In this document: positions 53,094-61,203 of the stretch, one piece after another
Layout: every line of letters begins with the position of its first letter
Position numbering within the stretch: position 1 is the stretch's first letter
Origin: Holophagaceae bacterium
Lineage (GTDB): Bacteria > Acidobacteriota > Holophagae > Holophagales > Holophagaceae
NCBI GenBank assembly: GCA_044229665.1
Contig: JBGASN010000004.1
Span: 57,836-121,835 of the forward strand
DNA: 64,000 nt
Reading direction: 5' to 3'
Program-made: the position numbers and the translations under genes
Notes under the pieces: generated by a model
The model's database searches: none
Seen by the model: only the letters and a program-made list of their open reading frames with translations
What the model was told of the DNA's origin: nothing

Positions 53094-54578
53094 ATGATCC
53101 GACTCGACGGTTCCTCCCTCACCGCCGCCCAGCTCACGGCCATCGCCGAGGGCGCCCAGGTGACCCTGGATGCCCCCGCCCTGGCGGCCGTGGCCGAGAA
53201 CCGCGGGGTCATCGACCGGATCCTCGCCGAGGGCCGCACCGTGTACGGCATCAACACGGGCTTCGGCCAGTTCGCCACGGTGGTGATCCCCCCGGATCAG
53301 CTCCGCCAGCTCCAGCTGAACCTCGTGCGCAGCCACGCGGCGGGCGTGGGCGAGCCCCTCACGCCCCATCAGACCCGGGCCCTCATGGCCGCCCGCATCA
53401 ACTGCCTGCTCAAGGCCCACAGCGGCATCCGCGTGGCCCCCATCCAGCTGCTCATGGACTGCCTCAACCGCAACGTGCTCCCCGTGATCCCCAGCCAGGG
53501 CAGCGTGGGCGCCAGCGGCGACCTGGCCCCCCTGGCCCACATGGCCCTGCTGCTCGTCGGCGAAGGGCTGGCCTGGGACGGGGACCGGCACATCCCCGGC
53601 GGCGAGGCCCTGGCCCAGGCCGGCCTCACCCCCATCACCCTGGAAGCCAAGGAGGGCCTGGCCCTCATCAACGGCACCCAGCTCATCACCTCCCTGGGCA
53701 ACCTGGCCCTGCACCGCCTGCGGGCCCTGGTGGGCCTCAGCGAGGAGGTCGCGGCCCTGAGCCTGGAGGCCCTGCAGGGTACCCGCGCCGCCTTCGATCC
53801 CCGCATCCACGCCGTGCGCCCCCACCCCGGCCAGATCGAGGTGGCGGCCCGCATGCGCGAGCTGCTGGGCGAGACCAGCGAGATCGCCGAGGGCCACAAG
53901 GACTGCCACCGGGTGCAGGACGCCTACAGCCTGCGGTGCATCCCCCAGGTGCACGGCGTGGGCCGGGACGCCCTGCGCTTCGCCGGCGACATCCTGGAGC
54001 GGGAGCTCAACAGCGCCACCGACAACCCCATGATCTTCACGGACACCCAGGAGAGCCGGAGCGGCGGCAACTTCCACGGCCAGTACCCCGCCTTCGCCTG
54101 CGACGTGCTCTGCATCGCCGCCACGGACCTGGCCTCCATCAGCGAGCGTCGCCAGGAGCGCCTGGTGAACCCCGCCTACAGCGACCTGCCGGCCTTCCTC
54201 TGCCGCAACGGCGGCCTGGAGTCGGGCTTCATGATGGCCCACGTGACCTCCGCCGCCCTCGTCTCCGAGATGAAGGGCCTCTCCCACCCCGCCTGCGTGG
54301 ACACCATCCCCACCAGCGCCGGCAAGGAGGACCACGTGAGCATGGGCCCCATCGCCGCCCGCAAGTTCCTGCGGGCCGTGGAGGCCTTCGAGCAGGTGCT
54401 GGTGATCGAAGCCCGCATGGCCCTGGAGGGCATCCGCATCCTGGGCAAGGCCCCCGCCACCGGCCTCAAGCCCCTCATGGACCGGCTGGCCGCCGCCTGC
54501 GGTCCCTGGGAGGACCGGCCCATGTACGCCGAGCTGGCCGCCACCACCCAGGCCCTGAGGGCCCACGCCGGCAACTGA
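53094..54578 (+). CDS. hutH: Histidine ammonia-lyase
   Basis: YGINTGFG, and GSVGASGDLAPLAH containing the ASG triad that forms the MIO cofactor. The length and motif order are typical of HutH. Confidence 0.93.
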   Translation: MIRLDGSSLTAAQLTAIAEGAQVTLDAPALAAVAENRGVIDRILAEGRTVYGINTGFGQFATVVIPPDQLRQLQLNLVRSHAAGVGEPLTPHQTRALMAARINCLLKAHSGIRVAPIQLLMDCLNRNVLPVIPSQGSVGASGDLAPLAHMALLLVGEGLAWDGDRHIPGGEALAQAGLTPITLEAKEGLALINGTQLITSLGNLALHRLRALVGLSEEVAALSLEALQGTRAAFDPRIHAVRPHPGQIEVAARMRELLGETSEIAEGHKDCHRVQDAYSLRCIPQVHGVGRDALRFAGDILERELNSATDNPMIFTDTQESRSGGNFHGQYPAFACDVLCIAATDLASISERRQERLVNPAYSDLPAFLCRNGGLESGFMMAHVTSAALVSEMKGLSHPACVDTIPTSAGKEDHVSMGPIAARKFLRAVEAFEQVLVIEARMALEGIRILGKAPATGLKPLMDRLAAACGPWEDRPMYAELAATTQALRAHAGN

Positions 54579-54682
54579 GCCCGGCCACTCCAGACCTCGC
54601 GTATAGATGTTTGGCCCTCGGAGGGGCCCGATCCCGGGCCTCCCTGCTGGCCCAAGTGCCCGCCTCCGTGTAGGTTGAAGGG

Positions 54683-55372
54683 GTGACGTTCCCAACCCCA
54701 TGGCGTGCCGCCTGCGAGCAGGCTCTACGATCCTTTTCAGACGCGGATTCCATCCGCTTCTGGCGGGTCGGCCATGACACGGACTCAGGTACCCGGCCCA
54801 TCTTCAACTACCGCTTCGAACATACGTTCGCGGCGGTGAAGCTGGCCCGCTGGCTCTGCCCCCTCGTGGGGGCGGATCTGGAGGTGGTGGAGTGCGCCGC
54901 CTGGCTCCACGACGTCCGGAAAAAGCTGAAGGATCCCCTCAGCAAGGACACCCACGCCCAGGACGCCAGCGCGGCCGTGGCCGAGATCCTCGCAGGCACC
55001 GACTTCCCCATGGAAAAGATCCCCGCCGTCCGCCACGCCATCGACCACCACGTGGGGCTCCGGCTCGCGAAAAGGCTCGAGCCGCTGGAGACGGCCTGCC
55101 TGTGGGACTGCGACAAGCTCAGCAAGATCGGGGCGGCCAGCCTCATCCACTTCGGGTGCATCAGCGGCGCGTTCCAGCCCATCGACACCGGGCAGATCCT
55201 CCAGCGGGGCGAGGCCTGGCTCCCCTTGGCCGAAGGCATCGTCGCCAGCTTCAACACCGAGCCCGCCCGCACGGAGGGGGCTCGGCGGCTGGCCTTCCTC
55301 CGCGCCCATTACGATCAGCTCCGCCGTGAGTGGAGCGAACCCATGCAGACGATCCCCGAGGTGAGTGCATGA
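54683..55372 (+). CDS. HD-domain phosphohydrolase-like protein
   Basis: GTG start; no in-frame ATG nearby. H...HD...H...D pattern: EHTFAAVKLA...AAWLHDVRK...RHAIDHH...DCDKL. Confidence 0.7.
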   Translation: MTFPTPWRAACEQALRSFSDADSIRFWRVGHDTDSGTRPIFNYRFEHTFAAVKLARWLCPLVGADLEVVECAAWLHDVRKKLKDPLSKDTHAQDASAAVAEILAGTDFPMEKIPAVRHAIDHHVGLRLAKRLEPLETACLWDCDKLSKIGAASLIHFGCISGAFQPIDTGQILQRGEAWLPLAEGIVASFNTEPARTEGARRLAFLRAHYDQLRREWSEPMQTIPEVSA

Positions 55373-57786
55373 GTGATTTCCTGCCCCTCGCCCAGGCCCT
55401 CTCCATGGGCTTGAAGGGCATCCAGATGTACACGGCCGCCCACCCCCGCAGTCAGGAGGCCCTGAAGGGGGCCCTCGGGGTCCTGGAGGGCTGGCTCCAG
55501 ACCACCCCCCAACTCCAGCTGGTGGTGGCCAACGGCAAGGTGTTCGTCAACGGGCAGCCGGTGGAAGGGCAGAGCCCCCACATGACCAACCTCGTTCGAA
55601 CCATCGCCGATCGCCACGTGAGTGGGTTCGTGTTCGATCGGGGGGTTACCGCACGGGACATCCAGGCCTTCCTTGAGATCCTCGTCCTCAAGCCCCAGCG
55701 GCTTGAGGAGCTCGGTGGGGTGCAGACCCTGCTGGACCGCAATGATGTCCGATCCATCCGGGTGACCCAGATCCAATACCGGGAGGTCCGGGAAGGGGAG
55801 CCCGAAGGCAATGGCGGCTCGGGCCCGGGGGGCGATGGGACCGGTTCCGGAGGTCCTGGCTCAGCTGGATCGGGCCAAGGGGGCACCGGCTCCGGCGCCC
55901 CGGGGTCCGGTCCCGGGGCCGGCCCGGGTCCCGGCGGAGGTGCCCCCCCCCGACCGGAGCCAGCCCGGGGCGACAGTGGGGGGTGGGCTGTCCCGTCCGG
56001 CTCCTCCGGGGAGCACCGGGCCTTCGGCCCCCCCGAACAGCTGCTGCAGCTGGTCAAGCAGGCGCTGACCCGCACGCTTCCCCCACCCACCGTGCGCGAT
56101 CGCCTCACGGGTGCCGGCGCGTCCCTCCTCGCGGACTTCGAGCCTGCGAACCTCGGGGGCCTCAGCGCCATGGGCGCCAGCCTGGGGCTCACCGACAAGA
56201 TGCCCACCCCGGCCCAGATGGGCGTGCTCCGCCAAGTGCTCATGGATCTCCCCGCCGAGCGGCAGCTGAGCATCCTGGCGGGCATCAGTTCATTGCCCGA
56301 AAAGCCCCAGGGGCTTGGCATGGGCATCAAGGCCCTGGCCCCCGAGATCCTGTCCGTGGCGGTGAGCAGCCTGCTCACCCAAGCCGTTCCCTGGGAGGAC
56401 CTCCAGGGTCCGCTCACCACCATCCTCGCGCCCCTGCCCGATCGGTCCGCACTCCTGGGTGGCCTCACCGGCCACCTGCGCAGCATGAACTTCGATGCGG
56501 CACCCGCGGAAGCGCTGCAGCGCCGCATCGAGTGGGATGCCCTCAGCCCCGAGGCCAAGCTCTCCCGCGTGCTGGATGAAGGCGCGCTGTTCCGGCTGAG
56601 CCTGGATCAGCGCCTGGCCCTGATGCGGGACCTCCTGGACGGGAAGCGCACCGAAGCCCTGGTGCGGTGCATGGAGCGCCTCCTGGAGGCCCTCCAATCC
56701 GAACACGAGAGCCTGCGGGCCCAGGCCGCCCAGACCTTGGCGGGCATGGCCCTCTGGGCCGTGGATCCGGGCATGCCCATGGAAGTTGAGAGCGCGCTCG
56801 ATCATGGGCTCCGCTCCCACTTCGGCTGGGAACCCGACCCCATGATCCACCGGTACACGGCCGAGGGGCTTGAGCGCCTGCTGGCCGCCCCCCTGGAACG
56901 GGGTCAGCTTGTGCTGATCGTGGAGGAGGTGCAGGAACTGCAGAACCATGCCGCGATGTTGGACGAGGCCCGCCCATGGCGCATGGAGGCCCTGGGTCGC
57001 CTGAAGATCAGCCTCCAGCAGCCCGAGGCCATGGACAGGGCGGTGGACTGCCTGTTCCGCTACGACAAGGAGCAATCCATCGCCATCACGGCGGGCTATT
57101 TCGAATTCATCGGCGGGCCCATGGTCCGCCACCTGATCCACACCCTGGGCAAGGAAGCCGATCGTGGCCGCCGGGGGCGGGTCATGGACGCGCTCCGGAC
57201 CTTTGGCCCCTTGGCCCTCCAGCCCCTGCGGGAGAGCCTCGGCAGCCCCATCCCCTGGTACCTCGCCCGCAACCTCCTCACGCTCCTCTCGGAAGTCGGC
57301 GATGCGGGTGCCCTGCCCGAGGTGGTCCAATTGCTCCGGTCCAAGGAAGTGAGGGTCCGCCGTGCCGCGGTGCGGGCCGCGTGGAAGCTCGGAGGCCCCT
57401 CCGCGGAACCCCACCTCCAGAACCTCCTGAAGGATTCCGATCCCGAGACCCAGATGGAGATCGTGTTCGGCCTGGGGCAGCTGAGGGCGGAATCCTCCAT
57501 TCCCGCCCTGTTGGAGCTCCTGAACGACCGCAAGGCACCGGAATCCCTCCGGTTGAAGGTGATCGAGACCCTCGGCTTCATCCAGGGTCCCCGGGTGGTG
57601 CAGCCCCTCGCGGACCTCATCCGCAAGAAGGGGTTCTTCTCCGGCTCCGAGCCGCCCCCCATCCGCCTCGCGGCGGCCCGGGCGCTGGTCGCCATCCATC
57701 CCGGTGGCCGGAAGGCCCTCCAGGATCTCGCCGAGGCCGAGTCCCGGGGTGAGATGAAGGATGCCCTCCTGGCCTTGTTGCGCTGA
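55369..57786 (+). CDS. Large HEAT-repeat protein with an N-terminal globular domain and a Gly/Ser/Pro linker
   Basis: ORF 55330-57786; the ATG at 55369 overlaps the HD-protein stop (ATGA). C-terminal HEAT/PBS-lyase-type repeats (ALPEVVQLLRSKEVRVRRAAVRAAWKLGG...HLQNLLKDSDPETQMEIVFGLGQL...IPALLELLNDRKAPESLRLKVIETLG...VQPLADLI...IRLAAARALVAI). Confidence 0.75.
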   Translation: MSDFLPLAQALSMGLKGIQMYTAAHPRSQEALKGALGVLEGWLQTTPQLQLVVANGKVFVNGQPVEGQSPHMTNLVRTIADRHVSGFVFDRGVTARDIQAFLEILVLKPQRLEELGGVQTLLDRNDVRSIRVTQIQYREVREGEPEGNGGSGPGGDGTGSGGPGSAGSGQGGTGSGAPGSGPGAGPGPGGGAPPRPEPARGDSGGWAVPSGSSGEHRAFGPPEQLLQLVKQALTRTLPPPTVRDRLTGAGASLLADFEPANLGGLSAMGASLGLTDKMPTPAQMGVLRQVLMDLPAERQLSILAGISSLPEKPQGLGMGIKALAPEILSVAVSSLLTQAVPWEDLQGPLTTILAPLPDRSALLGGLTGHLRSMNFDAAPAEALQRRIEWDALSPEAKLSRVLDEGALFRLSLDQRLALMRDLLDGKRTEALVRCMERLLEALQSEHESLRAQAAQTLAGMALWAVDPGMPMEVESALDHGLRSHFGWEPDPMIHRYTAEGLERLLAAPLERGQLVLIVEEVQELQNHAAMLDEARPWRMEALGRLKISLQQPEAMDRAVDCLFRYDKEQSIAITAGYFEFIGGPMVRHLIHTLGKEADRGRRGRVMDALRTFGPLALQPLRESLGSPIPWYLARNLLTLLSEVGDAGALPEVVQLLRSKEVRVRRAAVRAAWKLGGPSAEPHLQNLLKDSDPETQMEIVFGLGQLRAESSIPALLELLNDRKAPESLRLKVIETLGFIQGPRVVQPLADLIRKKGFFSGSEPPPIRLAAARALVAIHPGGRKALQDLAEAESRGEMKDALLALLR
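55807..55950 (+). repeat. Low-complexity Gly/Ser/Pro-coding tract inside the HEAT-repeat gene
   Basis: Encodes GNGGSGPGGDGTGSGGPGSAGSGQGGTGSGAPGSGPGAGPGPGGGAPP. The DNA is GGN/CCN-rich and quasi-repetitive. Confidence 0.8.
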
Positions 57787-57789
57787 CCG

Positions 57790-58866
57790 ATGACCGACCC
57801 CGGGGATACCCAGAAACTCCTCGAGGCCTTCCAGGCGTTCACGGCCGCCAGCGACCAGTTGCAGGCGCGCTACACGGCCCTCCAGGGCCAGGTGGGGCAA
57901 CTCCAGGGCGAAATGAAGGCGGTGCTGGAGAGCATGCCCTTCGCCGTGTGGGTGCTGGGCGAGGACGGCGAGCTGCGGTTCACCAACCGGGCCGAGGGCC
58001 TGCCCGGCACCTTCCAGGATGGTCCCGAGCCCTGGCGCTTGTCCGCCAAGCCCGGGCTCCGACGCCTGGAGACACCCGAGGGGTCGGAGCGCTTCCTCGA
58101 AGCCGAGCACCGGCCGGTGCCGGGCGGGGGTCGCATCGTGATCCTGCGCGATGTCACGGAGGAGGTGCTCCGGCGGCAGCAGGACACCCGGGAGGAGCGC
58201 CTGGAGGCCATGGGCCGGATGGCCGCGGAGCTCGCCCACGAGATCCGCAATCCCCTGGGCGCCCTGAACCTCTACGTGGGCATGCTCAAGCAGGATCTGG
58301 TGGGCCAGGAGGGCCCCCTGGAGCTCACCCGGAAGCTCCAGGAGGACATCCAACGGCTGAACCGCGTGGTCGCCAACACGCTGACCTTCAGCCGGGATCT
58401 CAACCCCAAACCCACGGTGCTCGACCTGCACACGTTCTGGGACGAGGCCCTGGGCAGCGCCACCCTGGCCGAAGGCGCCGCCTGGGACAACAAGGTGCCC
58501 CGCAAGGCCCGGTGGTGGGGGGACCCCGACCTGCTCCGCCAGGTGGCCCTCAACCTCCTCCAGAACGCCTGGCGGGCCACCCAGGACCAGCCCCGCCCCA
58601 AGGTGGTGCTCCGGGCCTCCCAGGAGGACCTGGAGGGCCGGCCCCACTGGCACCTCACCCTCCAGGACAACGGCTGCGGCATCCCGGCCGAGGACCTGAC
58701 CCGGGTCTTCGACCCCTTCTTCACCACCTTCGGGGGGGGCACCGGCCTGGGGCTGGCCGTGTGCCACCGCATCGTGGTGGCCCATGGGGGCCTCCTCTTC
58801 CTGGAGAGCGAGCCCGGTAAGGGGACCACCGTGCACGTGCGGTTGCCGGCCCAGGAAAGTCTGTGA
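57790..58866 (+). CDS. Soluble sensor histidine kinase (coiled coil / PAS-like, HisKA, HATPase_c)
   Basis: Starts 3 nt after the HEAT gene stop. H-box ELAHEIRNPL, N-box LLQNAWRA, G1 DNGCGI, G2 GGGTGLGLAV. No hydrophobic helices. Confidence 0.88.
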   Translation: MTDPGDTQKLLEAFQAFTAASDQLQARYTALQGQVGQLQGEMKAVLESMPFAVWVLGEDGELRFTNRAEGLPGTFQDGPEPWRLSAKPGLRRLETPEGSERFLEAEHRPVPGGGRIVILRDVTEEVLRRQQDTREERLEAMGRMAAELAHEIRNPLGALNLYVGMLKQDLVGQEGPLELTRKLQEDIQRLNRVVANTLTFSRDLNPKPTVLDLHTFWDEALGSATLAEGAAWDNKVPRKARWWGDPDLLRQVALNLLQNAWRATQDQPRPKVVLRASQEDLEGRPHWHLTLQDNGCGIPAEDLTRVFDPFFTTFGGGTGLGLAVCHRIVVAHGGLLFLESEPGKGTTVHVRLPAQESL

Positions 58867-58875
58867 TTTTGGTCT

Positions 58876-58892
58876 ATTGATTCTCAGTCTCA
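58876..58892. promoter_or_regulatory. Weak Fur-box-like AT-rich element upstream of bfd
   Basis: ATTGATTCTCAGTCTCA. 58876-58891 aligns at 11/16 positions to the AATGATAATCATTATC part of the classical Fur box. It sits in an unusually AT-rich 58-nt spacer before bfd-bfr. Confidence 0.3.
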
Positions 58893-58924
58893 GTTGCTTC
58901 ATATTGGATTCCGGAGTGGGATCC

Positions 58925-59158
58925 ATGTACGTCTGCAACTGCAACGGGATTTCGGAAAAGACCCTGGGCCAGGTCATCGAAGGCGGGGCGGCGACGCCCA
59001 CGGAGGTCTTCCGGGCCTGTGGCAGCGAGCGGGCCTGCGGCCGGTGCGTACCCGAGATGCAGGAGGCCCTGGCCGCCTTCCGGACCCTCCAGGGCTGCGG
59101 CCCCTGCCCCTTCCGGACCCTCGGGGACCTGGCCCCAGCGGTGGCAGCGGCGTCCTGA
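58925..59158 (+). CDS. bfd: Bacterioferritin-associated ferredoxin ([2Fe-2S])
   Basis: ATG at 58925 within ORF 58784-59158. MYVCNCNGISEKTL...ACGRCVPEM carries the four-Cys Bfd signature (C-x-C...C-x2-C). Immediately upstream of bfr. Confidence 0.85.
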   Translation: MYVCNCNGISEKTLGQVIEGGAATPTEVFRACGSERACGRCVPEMQEALAAFRTLQGCGPCPFRTLGDLAPAVAAAS

Positions 59159-59232
59159 GCCCCCCGTTCCTTCGCCTTGCCCTCCCCGGGGCGGGCGCCT
59201 AGCCTAGGGGTTCCACCCCCCTCGGAGTTCCC

Positions 59233-59712
59233 ATGCAAGGCGATCGCCGCGTCATCCAGCTTCTGAACCGGGTGCTCGTCAACGAGCTCACGGCCATCAA
59301 CCAGTACTTCCTACACAGCCGGATGCTCAAGAACTGGGGCATGAAGCGCCTGGGGGACTACGAGTACAAGGAATCCATCGACGAGATGAAGCACGCCGAC
59401 CGCATCATCGAGCGGGTGCTCTTCCTCGAAGGCCTGCCCAACCTCCAGGACCTCAACAAGCTCCGCATCGGCGAAAACGTGGAGGAGATCCTGAAGGGCG
59501 ACCTGGCCCTGGAGATGGATGCCCTGCCCCCCCTGAAGGAGGGGATCCGCCTCTGCGAGGAGGTTGGCGATTTCGTCACCCGGGACCTGCTCAAGGGCAT
59601 CCTCCACAGCGAAGAGGAGCACGTGGACTTCCTGGAGACCCAGCTGGAGCTTGTCCAGAAAATGGGCCTCCCCAACTACATCCAGAGCGCCACGGGCGAG
59701 ATCGGCAGTTAA
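59233..59712 (+). CDS. bfr: Bacterioferritin
   Basis: [34 protein letters not shown]...L...[11 protein letters not shown] (haem-ligand Met52 context). Ferroxidase Glu/His residues are present. 159 aa. GGAG RBS. Confidence 0.93.
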   Translation: MQGDRRVIQLLNRVLVNELTAINQYFLHSRMLKNWGMKRLGDYEYKESIDEMKHADRIIERVLFLEGLPNLQDLNKLRIGENVEEILKGDLALEMDALPPLKEGIRLCEEVGDFVTRDLLKGILHSEEEHVDFLETQLELVQKMGLPNYIQSATGEIGS

Positions 59713-59776
59713 GAGCGCCTGACATGTGACCCAAGTCGTGGGAACATGGTTGTTCCAGGTTCTTTGAGGAGCAGCC

Positions 59777-60301
59777 ATGTCCCCGCTCAAGATGGAAGCC
59801 GGTGCCGACGCGCCGGTGGTCGTCAACGCCATCATCGAGATCCCCGCCGGATCCCGCATCAAGTACGAGATCGACAAGGACACCGGCCTGGTGACCGTGG
59901 ATCGGGTGCTGTACAGCCCCTTCCACTACCCCGCCGAGTACGGCTTCATCCCCAAGACCCTGGCCCCTGATGGCGATCCCGCCGATGTGCTGGTGCTCAT
60001 CAATGGCAGCACCTACCCTGGCGTGGTCATCCGCGCCCGGCCCATCGGCCTGCTCAAGATGCACGACGACAAGGGCGGCGACGACAAGATCCTCTGCGTG
60101 GCCCACGACGATCCGAACTACGCCCACGTGGAGACCCTGGCCGATCTCCCCCCCCACTTCATGAAGGAAGTGGAGCACTTCTTCGTGACCTACAAGGATC
60201 TTGAAGAGAAGGACGTGCACAGCGACGGCTGGCAGGGCAAGGAGGAGGCCCACGCCTTCATCCACCAGTGCATCGCCGCCTACGAGAAGACCCAGGCCTG
60301 A
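59777..60301 (+). CDS. ppa: Family I inorganic pyrophosphatase
   Basis: IEIPAGSRIKYEIDKDTG...DR.L.....YP..YGFIP.TL..DGDP.DVLV and DDK motifs. 174 aa. GAGGAG RBS. Confidence 0.93.
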   Translation: MSPLKMEAGADAPVVVNAIIEIPAGSRIKYEIDKDTGLVTVDRVLYSPFHYPAEYGFIPKTLAPDGDPADVLVLINGSTYPGVVIRARPIGLLKMHDDKGGDDKILCVAHDDPNYAHVETLADLPPHFMKEVEHFFVTYKDLEEKDVHSDGWQGKEEAHAFIHQCIAAYEKTQA

Positions 60302-60318
60302 AGCCGGATCCCTCCCTC

Positions 60319-60362
60319 ACCGCGTGGCGCCTTCCTCCCGGGATCGCCACGCGGTTTCTGTT
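60319..60362 (+). terminator. Intrinsic terminator after ppa
   Basis: 11-bp stem ACCGCGTGGCG / CGCCACGCGGT (60319-60329 / 60345-60355) with a 15-nt loop, followed by TTTCTGTT. Confidence 0.6.
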
Positions 60363-60495
60363 AGGTTGACCCGATGCCAGCTCTCCCCCATCCACCGAGC
60401 CGAGGGCGTCTGGATACCCCTCCCCGGCCCCATCCGCTCCCGGAATGGGTGCCCGCGGGGGGCCGCGACGGCCTGAGCCCTGAGAGACTTGAACC

Positions 60496-61185
60496 ATGTC
60501 CGGACTGATCTGCTTCGACCTCGATGGCACCCTCGTGGATCCCCTCCTCGGGGTGCGGAATTGCGTCGCCAAGGTGTGCCGCCAGATGGATCTTCCGTGC
60601 CCGGATGACGCCACCATCCGGCAATGGATCGGTTTCGGCATGCGCGAGAGCCTGGGCCAGATCCCGGGCCTGGAGGACCCCGCCCGCCGCGAGGAGGCCC
60701 TGGACCGGTACTGGGAAGCCTACCGGGAGGACGGGGTCTTCGAACACGAGCTCTACCCGGGGGTGGTCCACGTGCTGCACCGCCTCAAGCGGCAGGGGCA
60801 CCGCATCTACATCGTGAGCGCCAAGCCCGGGATCTTCGCCCGCCGCATCGCCTACCAGTTCGACCTCAACCTCATCTTCGACGACATCTTCGGCTCCACG
60901 CTCAAGGGGAAGTGGCAGGAAAAGGTGGACGTGATGAACGGCCTCCGGCAGGCCGGCACCATCTGGCCCGGGGGCGTGATGGTGGGGGACCGCAATCAGG
61001 ACATGTGGGCCGCCAAGGCCCATGGGCTCACGGCCGTGGGTGTCACCTGGGGCTACGGCAGCCGGGAGGAGCTGACCTCCACCGGCGCCGACATCCTGGT
61101 GGACACCATGGCCGAGCTGGACCTGGTGCTGGCCCGGCTCCTCCCCGGCGAGGAGGTCCACGACGCCTTCACCCGATCGGAGTGA
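60496..61185 (+). CDS. HAD-superfamily hydrolase (phosphoglycolate phosphatase-like)
   Basis: Motif I FDLDGTLVD, motif II IVSAK, and motif III/IV K...MVGDRNQDMWAA. Confidence 0.8.
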   Translation: MSGLICFDLDGTLVDPLLGVRNCVAKVCRQMDLPCPDDATIRQWIGFGMRESLGQIPGLEDPARREEALDRYWEAYREDGVFEHELYPGVVHVLHRLKRQGHRIYIVSAKPGIFARRIAYQFDLNLIFDDIFGSTLKGKWQEKVDVMNGLRQAGTIWPGGVMVGDRNQDMWAAKAHGLTAVGVTWGYGSREELTSTGADILVDTMAELDLVLARLLPGEEVHDAFTRSE

Positions 61186-61203
61186 AGGCGCCGGGAACCG
61201 CCG

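Noticed and set aside
56290-59238. 982-aa ORF on the minus strand
   Set aside because: It is antisense to the HEAT-repeat gene, the histidine kinase and bfd, all of which have clear motifs in the plus frames. The composition is that of a GC-rich shadow ORF.
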